The notes beneath the pieces were generated by a model that was given only the letters and a program-made list of their open reading frames with translations, had not been told where the DNA came from and searched no databases. Below, piece by piece: positions 47,170 to 55,694 of a stretch of DNA of 64,000 nt. Location: assembly GCA_965216965.1 (NCBI GenBank), contig CBDCGX010000032.1, positions 16,083 through 80,082 on the forward strand, written 5' to 3'. This stretch comes from Spirochaetia bacterium (GTDB lineage Bacteria; Spirochaetota; Spirochaetia; WTKD01; G963693115). The position numbers were made by a program, and so were the translations under genes. How positions within the stretch are numbered: the first letter of the stretch is position 1; each line of letters begins with the position of its first letter.

Positions 47170-49245
47170 ATGTCAAAGAAAATTTCTTCAATTTGTAATT
47201 ATTGTGGAGTAGGTTGTAGTATTGATTATTCCATTGAAGATGATGGAAAAGTAAGTGCTAAAGGAACTCCTCAGTATCCTGTAAATCGGGGCATTCTTTG
47301 TCCTAAGGGATTTAAGATACATGAGCCCTTATTATCAGAGGAAAGAGGAACAACTCCTTTGATGAAGAAAAATGGGCAACTCGTACCCGTATCTTGGGAT
47401 GAGGCAATGCAAGGGTTTTCATCTAGGGTACATGAAATACAGAATAAGCATGGAAGAAATTCGCTTGCTTATATTAGTACGGGACAGTTGTACACAGAAG
47501 AAATGGCAATGTTAGGTCAGGTGGGACGAACGGGCATGGGAATGGAAGGAGATGGGAACACGCGTCAGTGTATGGCAAGTGCAGTTGTTGCTTATAAGCA
47601 AGCATTTGGCTTTGATTCTCCTCCTTTTACATATGAAGACATTGAACATTCTGATTGTATTATTTTTGTAGGTTCAAATGCATCTATTACGCATCCTATC
47701 GTCTTTAATCGAATTAAAAAAAATAAGAATAATCCAAGGGTGTTTGTAATGGACCCCCGTTATTCAGAGACGGCACAAAAAACGAATGTTCATGTGCCAA
47801 TAAAACCTAAGCGCGACTTGATTCTGTTATACATGGTAGCTAAAGAATTAATACGAAGAGATGCACTTGATCATGATTTTATTGATAAACATACAAATGG
47901 ATTTAATGATTTTAAGGCACATGTAGAAAAATATAATACAGAAGATGTAGAAAAGATCACTAATGTTCCTAAATCAGTTTTTATAGATATGGTTGACAGC
48001 ATAGAAAAGAGCAAGGCCATGACCATATGGTGGACTATGGGAGTTAATCAGAGTCATCAAGGTACGAGAACTGCACAAGCTATTATCAATATTTGTTTAA
48101 TGACAGGCAATATTGGAAGGCTAGGAGCAGGACCAGCTTCTTTAACAGGACAAGCTAATGCTATGGGGTCTCGATTATTTAGTAATACTACCTCTCTTTA
48201 TGGGGGAAGAAATCATGCAAACCCTGCTCATCGCAAGGAGGTGGCAGATATATTGGGTATTGATGAAGACACACTTCCTAAGGCAGCAACCATGCCATAT
48301 AATAAAATAATTGATGGAATTGATTCGGGAATAATTAAAGGACTTTGGATCATATGCACTAACCCACTTCATTCGTGGATAAATACTAATAGACTTAGAT
48401 CTCTAATAGAAAAGTTAGATCTTTTTGTGGTACAAGATATCTATCCTAATACTCTTACTGCGCGAAAAGCTGATATTTACTTTCCTGCTGCAGGTGCGGG
48501 AGAAAAATGTGGCTTTCTCATTAATTCTGAGAGAAGGTTGGGAGTGGCACAAAAGGCAATGGATCCACCTGGAGAAGCATTATCTGATCATGAAATATTT
48601 AGGAGAATAGCTGTGGCATATGGATGTGAAGATGTTGTTAAAGGTTGGGATACACCCGAACAAGTATTTCATATTTTAAAAAAATTAAGCAAAGGAACTC
48701 CGTGTGATATAACAGGTGTCAGAGATTATCAATTTATTATTGAAAAAGGAGGAGTGCAGTGGCCATATCCCGAAGAAAATCCTAGTGATGATTCGCAACG
48801 CCGACTATTCCAAGATGGGGCTTTTTCTACATCTGACGGAAGAGCAAAGTTTCTCTTTGAAGATTGGGTGTCTCCTGTAGAAGAGCCAGATGAACAATAC
48901 AATTTCTACCTTCTTTCTGGAAGAGGTACAATAGTTCAATATATGTCTAATACTCGCACACAAAAGTCTCCAACATTACGAAAAGTTATGGAAGATGAAT
49001 TGTATGTAGAGATGAGCCAAGTAGATGCTGACAAGCTTTCTGTTCAAAATGGATCAAAAGTTGAAATAAAATCTCGACATGGTTGTATTCAAGCAAATGT
49101 GAAAATTAGGGAAACAGTAGGTGAGGGATTTATTTATCTTCCATTCCATTATGAGGAGACAAATACTTTAACAAATGACGCTTTTGATGCATATTCTGCA
49201 CAGCCATCTTTTAAGACTGGAGCAGTAAGCATAAAAGCTATTTAG
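47170..49245 (+). CDS. Molybdopterin (bis-MGD) oxidoreductase, assimilatory nitrate reductase catalytic subunit type (NarB/NasA-like)
   Basis: N-terminal 4Fe-4S motif CNYCGVGCSI....G.P.YPVNRGILCPKG, MGD-binding segments, C-terminal beta-barrel domain; 691 aa. SD AAGGAGG lies before the ATG. Confidence 0.85.
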   Translation: MSKKISSICNYCGVGCSIDYSIEDDGKVSAKGTPQYPVNRGILCPKGFKIHEPLLSEERGTTPLMKKNGQLVPVSWDEAMQGFSSRVHEIQNKHGRNSLAYISTGQLYTEEMAMLGQVGRTGMGMEGDGNTRQCMASAVVAYKQAFGFDSPPFTYEDIEHSDCIIFVGSNASITHPIVFNRIKKNKNNPRVFVMDPRYSETAQKTNVHVPIKPKRDLILLYMVAKELIRRDALDHDFIDKHTNGFNDFKAHVEKYNTEDVEKITNVPKSVFIDMVDSIEKSKAMTIWWTMGVNQSHQGTRTAQAIINICLMTGNIGRLGAGPASLTGQANAMGSRLFSNTTSLYGGRNHANPAHRKEVADILGIDEDTLPKAATMPYNKIIDGIDSGIIKGLWIICTNPLHSWINTNRLRSLIEKLDLFVVQDIYPNTLTARKADIYFPAAGAGEKCGFLINSERRLGVAQKAMDPPGEALSDHEIFRRIAVAYGCEDVVKGWDTPEQVFHILKKLSKGTPCDITGVRDYQFIIEKGGVQWPYPEENPSDDSQRRLFQDGAFSTSDGRAKFLFEDWVSPVEEPDEQYNFYLLSGRGTIVQYMSNTRTQKSPTLRKVMEDELYVEMSQVDADKLSVQNGSKVEIKSRHGCIQANVKIRETVGEGFIYLPFHYEETNTLTNDAFDAYSAQPSFKTGAVSIKAI

Positions 49246-49247
49246 TA

Positions 49248-49988
49248 ATGAAGCCACTCTATGGCGTAATCCTGATGGGAGGTAGGAGTAAACGTTTTGG
49301 ATTTCCAAAAGGATTGGTTTCTCAATCTTCTATTACACATAGTCATGGTGGACAAGAAGCCTGTCATAGAGTAAATAGAATAGACAATTGCTACAAAGAT
49401 ACTACTGTATTAGTAGATAAAAAGAATAATGAGTTTCACGATGCTCCGTGTAACGATATAGCTCAGTGGCAATATCTTAAGAATATATTATTGCCATACT
49501 GTTCTGCAGTGTTTTTTTCTATACATACTACACAACGCTTCTTATATTCGGATATTCCAGAAGAATCTATTATTTATGATAATAAAGAATTTTCGAAAAA
49601 GGATAGAATACCCTTAACGGGAATACTTTCTGCTCAAAAGCAATTGCCACGAGCGGATATTATTGTAATTGCGGTTGATCTTTTTTATTTTGGTCACGCT
49701 AGTATCAAGCAGCTTCTTGGGGAGCATTATAGCAATATAAAAGCAAATAATAAAAACTTTAGTTATGCTACTGTTTTTCTTACAGAAAGAATGCAGCCAC
49801 TGTGTGCTATTTATCGTGCAGAAAGTTTTTCTTACTTTTTGGAAGCTTTTAAAAAGGGAAGATATAGTATATGTAGAATTATTGAATCAATGGCACATAA
49901 AAAGATAGTGAGTAAGTACCCAGAGGAGTTGCGCAATGTAAATACACGCATAACAATTTGTAGTATGGAGCAAATTCATGAAAAATAA
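49248..49988 (+). CDS. mobA: Molybdenum cofactor guanylyltransferase MobA-like, with a Cys/His-rich insertion
   Basis: YGVILMGGRSKRFGFPKGL is the MobA N-terminal nucleotide-binding motif; ..AVDLFYF.. aligns with the ..PCD.P.. region. It is ~45-50 aa longer than typical MobA. Confidence 0.7.
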   Translation: MKPLYGVILMGGRSKRFGFPKGLVSQSSITHSHGGQEACHRVNRIDNCYKDTTVLVDKKNNEFHDAPCNDIAQWQYLKNILLPYCSAVFFSIHTTQRFLYSDIPEESIIYDNKEFSKKDRIPLTGILSAQKQLPRADIIVIAVDLFYFGHASIKQLLGEHYSNIKANNKNFSYATVFLTERMQPLCAIYRAESFSYFLEAFKKGRYSICRIIESMAHKKIVSKYPEELRNVNTRITICSMEQIHEK

Positions 49989-50994
49989 TAGTATTACACA
50001 GCTTGTAGATAAGTTGGGGCGACCATTGAATGTTTTACGTCTCTCAGTCACTGATAGATGTAATTTTAATTGTGTGTATTGCATGCCAGATAAAAATATT
50101 ACATTTCTTCCCAAACATAAAATACTTTCATTTGAACAAATATGTAGAGTTGTTAAGGCTCTTTGCAAACTAGGGTTAAAAAAAATAAAAATAACTGGTG
50201 GTGAGCCCACTCTTCGAATAGGAGTAGACAAATTGATAACGATGCTGTGCAGTATAGCTAATATAGAAGATATTGCTCTTATTACTAACGGGGTTTTCTT
50301 AAAGACGCTTGCTTCCCGATTAAAAAGATCTGGATTAACAAGAATTACTGTGAGTTTAGATGCTATGAATAATCGTGTTTTTCAAAAAATAGTGGGAAAT
50401 ACTCATAGTGTACATCCCATTCTTCAAGGAATAGAAGAGGCATTACAACAAGGGTTTTCCCCCATTAAAATAAATTGTGTAATACAGAGAGGTATAAATG
50501 AAGATCAAATTTTACCTTTAGTTGAATATTTCTTGCACCCACAATATCATTTGAGGTTTATAGAATATATGGATGTAGGTTCTATTGATTGGAAACAAAA
50601 AGACATGCTATCTTCATTAGAAATATTAGCAAAGATAGAAAAGAAATATAACTTACAAAAAATAGATCCGTCTTTTGTAGGAGAAGTTGCAACACGCTAT
50701 AAGTACAGCAATGGGAAAGGAGAAGTAGGATTTATTTCTTCTGTTACTCAACCGTTTTGCAAAGATTGTAATAGATTGAGACTTACTGCAGATGGGAGTC
50801 TTTATGGCTGTCTTTTTTCTAGCAATGGTGCTAATATTAAATCATTTCTTGATTCTAATGGAAGTGACGAAGAGCTTGTTGATATATTAGCAACATTTTG
50901 GAAGCAGCGAGAAGATCGATATTCTGAAGAACGATGGGAACGCAGGAATGATAAAAATATGAAAAAAGTAGCAATGAATTTCATAGGAGGCTAG
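49978..50994 (+). CDS. moaA: GTP 3',8-cyclase
   Basis: Radical-SAM CNFNCVYCMP, GGEPTLR, C-terminal cluster CKDCNRLRLTADG, terminal GG. Confidence 0.94.
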   Translation: MKNNSITQLVDKLGRPLNVLRLSVTDRCNFNCVYCMPDKNITFLPKHKILSFEQICRVVKALCKLGLKKIKITGGEPTLRIGVDKLITMLCSIANIEDIALITNGVFLKTLASRLKRSGLTRITVSLDAMNNRVFQKIVGNTHSVHPILQGIEEALQQGFSPIKINCVIQRGINEDQILPLVEYFLHPQYHLRFIEYMDVGSIDWKQKDMLSSLEILAKIEKKYNLQKIDPSFVGEVATRYKYSNGKGEVGFISSVTQPFCKDCNRLRLTADGSLYGCLFSSNGANIKSFLDSNGSDEELVDILATFWKQREDRYSEERWERRNDKNMKKVAMNFIGG

Positions 50995-50995
50995 C

Positions 50996-51451
50996 ATGTT
51001 TACGCACTTAAATAAGAAACAATTTCCACATATGGTTAATATTAGTAAAAAAAAAATACAGAGAAGGAAAGCACAGGCACAGAGTGTGGTATCTCTTGAT
51101 GATGAAATAGTAGCTTGTTTCTCAGGAAGTGATATACAAAGTAAAAAAGGATCTGTGTTTGCAGTATCAATTGTTGCTGGAATACAAGCGATAAAAGATA
51201 CGAGTCGTATAATCCCTTTGTGCCATAACATACCTATTTCTGGAGCAGAGATTGATATAGAATTACATGAGAATCACGTTAAAATACTCTGTTCTGTGTC
51301 TTCTGATTATGCTACAGGCGTAGAAATGGAAGCATTATTAGGAGCATCCATTGCTGCTATCACTGTTTATGATATGTGTAAGAGTATACATTCAAATATA
51401 ATAATTAAAGAAACAAAATTACTTTTTAAAGAAAAAAAGGATATGGCATGA
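50996..51451 (+). CDS. moaC: Cyclic pyranopterin monophosphate synthase
   Basis: ..IPLCHNIPI..VEMEALLGASIAAITVYDMCK.. are MoaC signatures. Confidence 0.93.
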   Translation: MFTHLNKKQFPHMVNISKKKIQRRKAQAQSVVSLDDEIVACFSGSDIQSKKGSVFAVSIVAGIQAIKDTSRIIPLCHNIPISGAEIDIELHENHVKILCSVSSDYATGVEMEALLGASIAAITVYDMCKSIHSNIIIKETKLLFKEKKDMA

Positions 51452-51687
51452 TAATTACAATGAGATATTTTGCATCCATTGCAGAGGTAGTAAAAAAAAC
51501 AGAGGAACAAATAGATACTTCATATAGTTCTGCACAAGAACTATATGAGTACATTAAAAAAAAATATACCATACACTATGATATCTCGCAAATTCGTATG
51601 GCAGTAAATGATTGCTACGTAGGTTTTTCATATAAGTTACAGAATGCTGATACTATAGTTTTTATTCCGCCTGTTTCTGGGGGGTAA
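51448..51687 (+). CDS. moaD: Molybdopterin synthase sulfur-carrier subunit
   Basis: 79 aa ubiquitin-like protein ending ..FIPPVSGG*. Confidence 0.88.
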   Translation: MIITMRYFASIAEVVKKTEEQIDTSYSSAQELYEYIKKKYTIHYDISQIRMAVNDCYVGFSYKLQNADTIVFIPPVSGG

Positions 51688-51688
51688 A

Positions 51689-52099
51689 ATGGAAGAATTT
51701 ATATTGCAAGAGGATGAAATAAAAGATATAAGTTATCTATCTAATAACAGTAGAGAAGGTGCAAGACTGATATTTTGGGGTTTAGTGAGAGACCATAATC
51801 TTGGATATAAAGACATAAGTAAAATTGAATATAGTTGCTATCATGAACTTGCTATTAGAGAAGGAAGAAAGATTTTGGGTGAAGCAAGAGAAAAATTCTC
51901 AATACTTAGAATACATTGTATTCATAGGATAGGAATGCTGATGGTACAAGAAAGGGTCGTGCGAGTTGAAATTGGAGCAGAACATAGAGAGGCATCCTAT
52001 CATGCTTGCATGTATGTTATGGAAGAAATAAAAAAACGATTACCTATCTGGAAAAAAGAATTTTCTTTAGCACATGGAGGAAGATGGATAGATGGGTAG
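51689..52099 (+). CDS. moaE: Molybdopterin synthase catalytic subunit
   Basis: ..GARLIFWGLVRD......I..IEYSCYHELA...L..I.......I...HR.G...V.E..V.V......R..A..A......E.IK...PIWKKE. Confidence 0.88.
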   Translation: MEEFILQEDEIKDISYLSNNSREGARLIFWGLVRDHNLGYKDISKIEYSCYHELAIREGRKILGEAREKFSILRIHCIHRIGMLMVQERVVRVEIGAEHREASYHACMYVMEEIKKRLPIWKKEFSLAHGGRWIDG

Positions 52100-53180
52100 T
52101 GTGAATTTTGACGAATATTTTTCTCGGCAAATAAAAGTACCAGGATTTGGAAGAGGAGCACAAAAGAAACTTCAAAAAACAAAATGTCTTGTTGTTGGGA
52201 TGGGCGGGCTTGGATGTCCTGTTTCTCTTTATCTTGCCGCAAGCGGGATAGGTACATTAGGTATTTGTGATAATGATAAAGTAGAAGTGAGTAATATAAA
52301 TCGCCAAATACTTTATTCCATAAAAGATATAGGGAAAAGAAAAGTAATTGCTACAAAGGAAAAACTAAAAGGATCATATCCTTTTCTTACGATAATACCA
52401 CACATATTTCGTTTGGGTGAGAAACAATGTCTTAATCTTATTGCACGTTATGATCTAGTAATAGATTGTACAGATAATTTTCATAGCAAGTATCTCATTC
52501 ATGACGCATGTTTGGAATTACATGTTCCTTTAGTACAGGGGGGCATTTATCAATGTTATGGACAAGTATTTAGTTTTCAATTTAGTAAACGAAAGTCTCA
52601 GGGGCCCTGTATGCGTTGTATTTGGAGAGAGGAGCCTGATGGCATATGCACTCGTTCTTGTGAAGATGCAGGTGTTTTAACTGTACTTGCGGGTTCTATA
52701 GCGATCACACAATGTATGACTGCTATGCAAATGATATTGAAACCGTCGTTCAAGCAGCCCACCATGCGCCTTTTTACCTATGATACGCAACAATGGCAAA
52801 CTATTACTGTCCCTATACAAAAAAAGTGCATATGCCAATCGGTAAAAAGGTCAAATCTTCCTGAAATTACTCGATTAAAACAAAATACATCTTTAGAAAT
52901 AGAAAAATTCCCAAATTCCAAAAGCTGGAATCTTCTTGACCTTCGCCCTGAAAAAGAACAGGGCATGAGAAAATACTTAACACATAAAAACCCATTGTGT
53001 ATTAGTTATAAAGAAATTTCTAATATTCAATATTTACTTAAACGTTTAGAACCTCAAAAAAAATATGTGCTTATGTGTACTGCTGGCGTGTTAAGCCTTC
53101 ACATTACTAAACAATTGCGGAGTTATGGATATTTTAACACCTTCTCTCTTGCAGGTGGGTATAAAGGATTACAAAAGTAA
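52092..53180 (+). CDS. moeB: MoeB/ThiF-family adenylyltransferase with C-terminal rhodanese domain (MoeZ-type)
   Basis: YSRQI...G..GQ.KL....VLVVGMGGLGCP...YLAASGIGTLGICDND.V..SN..RQILY. C-terminal rhodanese-like segment with active-site-like CTAGVLS. Confidence 0.88.
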   Translation: MGSVNFDEYFSRQIKVPGFGRGAQKKLQKTKCLVVGMGGLGCPVSLYLAASGIGTLGICDNDKVEVSNINRQILYSIKDIGKRKVIATKEKLKGSYPFLTIIPHIFRLGEKQCLNLIARYDLVIDCTDNFHSKYLIHDACLELHVPLVQGGIYQCYGQVFSFQFSKRKSQGPCMRCIWREEPDGICTRSCEDAGVLTVLAGSIAITQCMTAMQMILKPSFKQPTMRLFTYDTQQWQTITVPIQKKCICQSVKRSNLPEITRLKQNTSLEIEKFPNSKSWNLLDLRPEKEQGMRKYLTHKNPLCISYKEISNIQYLLKRLEPQKKYVLMCTAGVLSLHITKQLRSYGYFNTFSLAGGYKGLQK

Positions 53181-53181
53181 T

Positions 53182-53976
53182 ATGAATGAAAGCATCCTTT
53201 TACTTTTTTCTATTATTGCTGTAATAAGTTCTTTTATTGGATTAGGGGGAGCAACGTTTTATCTTGTTAGTATGGATTTTTTTCAATTCCCCTATTTGGT
53301 AATCCCTTTTATTGCGTTGAGTAGTAATATAGTTGTGTGTGGAATAACTCTATTTACCGCCACATTGAGAAAAGAACAACTCCCCATTCTTTTTTTAGCA
53401 AAAATAATATTTCCTTCTATTATTTTCGTGTATCTTGGAGCAAGTATTGCATTTACAGAACAGGCGTTTAGACTCATATTGAGTTCTTCGGTATTGCTTA
53501 TACTAATATTTAGAATAGTGTATAAAAAGAAAAGTATTTCAGAGAACATAATAGAAAGAAACTATTCGGGCAAATCTGATTATATTCTTATCCTTGTTAG
53601 CATGGGTATAGGGTTTCTTTCTGGCATCATAGGAATTGGAGGGGGTATTATTCTTGGACCTGTTCTCTTTTTACGTGGTATGTCTTATCTTCGGATTCGG
53701 CTAGTAACATCAATATATATATTTTTAAATTCAATAATTGGCATTATTGCTCAAATGAGTAAGTGGCTTTCTCAAACTACAGTGGCAGATCTTAGTTCTC
53801 AGATTGCTCCGTATGTACAATTGGTGTTTGTATGTGTTATAGGGAGTGCTTTTACAAATATTTTTAGCGGTATAATAAAAAAAGAACACTATATTAAACG
53901 AACTGCACTATCTCTTATGGTAGTGGTATCAATTTTTAATTTTATAAGAGCAGGTATAATATATGGAAAAAACTAG
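53182..53976 (+). CDS. TauE/SafE (DUF81) family anion transporter
   Basis: Polytopic membrane protein with duplicated G-rich helices (GLGGATFY / GIGGGIILGPVLF). Start taken at MNESILLLF. Embedded in the Moco operon. Confidence 0.78.
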   Translation: MNESILLLFSIIAVISSFIGLGGATFYLVSMDFFQFPYLVIPFIALSSNIVVCGITLFTATLRKEQLPILFLAKIIFPSIIFVYLGASIAFTEQAFRLILSSSVLLILIFRIVYKKKSISENIIERNYSGKSDYILILVSMGIGFLSGIIGIGGGIILGPVLFLRGMSYLRIRLVTSIYIFLNSIIGIIAQMSKWLSQTTVADLSSQIAPYVQLVFVCVIGSAFTNIFSGIIKKEHYIKRTALSLMVVVSIFNFIRAGIIYGKN

Positions 53977-54472
53977 TTTTTCTTCTTTACCCTTTGCAGT
54001 GCTTACTGTATCGGATACGCGGTCCTTGCACGATGATGTATCGGGCAGTACTCTTGTTCATTGCATTGAGGGTGCAGGACATACTATTATTCATAGACAA
54101 CTTGTAAAGGATAATATTTATCACATCCGCTCCGTGGTTTCGCAGTGGATAGCAGATGATTTAGTGCAAGTAATCTTGCTTTCGGGAGGTACGGGATTTT
54201 TTGGCTCTGATGTTACTCCTGAGGCAGTATCAATTCTTTTTGATAAGGACATTGCTGGATTCGGAGAACTATTTCGATCAAGGTCTTATGAGGAAATTGG
54301 CACTTCAACCATGCAATCGCGTGTCTGTGCAGGTATAGCAAACACAACGCTTATTTTTGTATTGCCAGGTTCTCCTCATGCATGTAAAACAGCGTGGGCA
54401 CTTATCTCTGAACAATTAGATAGCACTAAAAAACGTTGTAACTTTGTAAAGGTGCTTAAGAGTAATATATGA
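53963..54472 (+). CDS. moaB: Molybdenum cofactor biosynthesis protein B (MoaB/Mog family)
   Basis: AVLTVSDTRS...D.SG..L.......GH......V.D....I........D....VILLSGGTGF..SDVTPEA; 169 aa. Confidence 0.88.
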   Translation: MEKTSFSSLPFAVLTVSDTRSLHDDVSGSTLVHCIEGAGHTIIHRQLVKDNIYHIRSVVSQWIADDLVQVILLSGGTGFFGSDVTPEAVSILFDKDIAGFGELFRSRSYEEIGTSTMQSRVCAGIANTTLIFVLPGSPHACKTAWALISEQLDSTKKRCNFVKVLKSNI

Positions 54473-55653
54473 TATCAATAGAAGAGGCACAGTCCATACT
54501 CAATGCACAAATAATAGGTATGCCAGCTATAGAGAATATATCTCTAGAGGACAGTAGAGATAGGGTTCTTGCAGAAGATATTGATGCACCTTTTGATTAT
54601 CCTCAATATGATAATAGTGCAATGGATGGGTATGTACTTCATATAGATGATATAGAAGGCGATAGAAGTATAGCTGTGGTGGGTGAAATAACAGCGGGAA
54701 CGGAACCTGCATTTTTATCTCGGCCACTGGCACAGAAAATATTTACAGGAGCTCCTATACCCGCAAATGCCAATGCAGTAGTTCCAATGGAATTATGTGA
54801 AGTTCATAATAACAGAGTCATTATTGCTAAGCAAGTGTATGAAGGTGATCATATTAGAAAGAAAGGCACCTATTTTAAAAAAGGAAAAAGAATGCTTACA
54901 ATTGGTACAAAAATAGACAGTAAAATTTGTGCGATAGTATCTACTATGGGAAAATCCACTGTTTCTGTTTATAAAAAGGTTCGAGTTGCTATTGGAACTA
55001 CTGGGAATGAAGTATTAAAACCTGGAGATATATTATCAAAAGGGAAAATATACGATAGTAATACCCCATTTTTATTTCATGAGTGTATGAGAGAGGGATA
55101 TGAGGTCGTAATGGTAGAACATTTGTCAGATTCTCTTGAACAAACTATAGAGTTTCTTCATTGTGCAGAAAAAATAAGTGATATTATATTGTTTAGCGGC
55201 GGTATATCTGTTGGAGAAAAAGATTTTGTATATGCTATGCTTAATAAGGAATCGTGTAATATCCATTTTAGAAAAGTAGGAATAAAGCCCGGAAAGCCTT
55301 TTACCTTTGCTTCTTATAAAAACACACCTCTTTTTTGTATTCCGGGAAACCCTCTTGCTGTATTCATTGTTTTTTATTATTTTGTACATCCTTATTTACT
55401 CGCATCGCAAGGAGTAGTAAAGAAAAAAAACCGACTGCATTATTTTCCTGTTCCTAAAGATATCGCAATTAACACTCGCACTCAATTTTTATTTTCTCGT
55501 ATTATTAAAAGCAATAAAGAAACGATCATAGAAATACTTTCTGAACAAAGTTCGGCTGCTATACAGAATGTGCTATTGTCAGATGGGGCATTAATAGTTC
55601 CAGCTAATACTAATGTAAAAAAAGGAACAATACTTTCTTTTCTTTCTTTTTAA
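54469..55653 (+). CDS. moeA: Molybdopterin molybdenumtransferase
   Basis: ..DYPQYDNSAMDGYV....IFTGAPIP..ANAVVP.E.....RKKG...K.G......GTTGNEV....G.IYDSN........SGGISVGEKDF....V..KPGKPF.. is the MoeA layout. Confidence 0.92.
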   Translation: MISIEEAQSILNAQIIGMPAIENISLEDSRDRVLAEDIDAPFDYPQYDNSAMDGYVLHIDDIEGDRSIAVVGEITAGTEPAFLSRPLAQKIFTGAPIPANANAVVPMELCEVHNNRVIIAKQVYEGDHIRKKGTYFKKGKRMLTIGTKIDSKICAIVSTMGKSTVSVYKKVRVAIGTTGNEVLKPGDILSKGKIYDSNTPFLFHECMREGYEVVMVEHLSDSLEQTIEFLHCAEKISDIILFSGGISVGEKDFVYAMLNKESCNIHFRKVGIKPGKPFTFASYKNTPLFCIPGNPLAVFIVFYYFVHPYLLASQGVVKKKNRLHYFPVPKDIAINTRTQFLFSRIIKSNKETIIEILSEQSSAAIQNVLLSDGALIVPANTNVKKGTILSFLSF

Positions 55654-55661
55654 ATGCTTTA

Positions 55662-55679
55662 AAGGGATGAAGATCCCTT
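55662..55679. terminator. Hairpin between the convergent moeA and mutL genes (possible bidirectional terminator, no clear U-tract)
   Basis: AAGGGAT GAAG ATCCCTT: a 7-bp stem with a 4-nt loop, in the 41-nt gap between two converging stop codons. Confidence 0.3.
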
Positions 55680-55694
55680 AGAAAATAGAGCGTG

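Noticed and set aside
48545-48561. Sigma-54 promoter candidates (TGGCAC at 156, 22941 and 48545), sought because rpoN is present
   Set aside because: All are inside genes or rRNA, and none has TTGC at the required -12 spacing.
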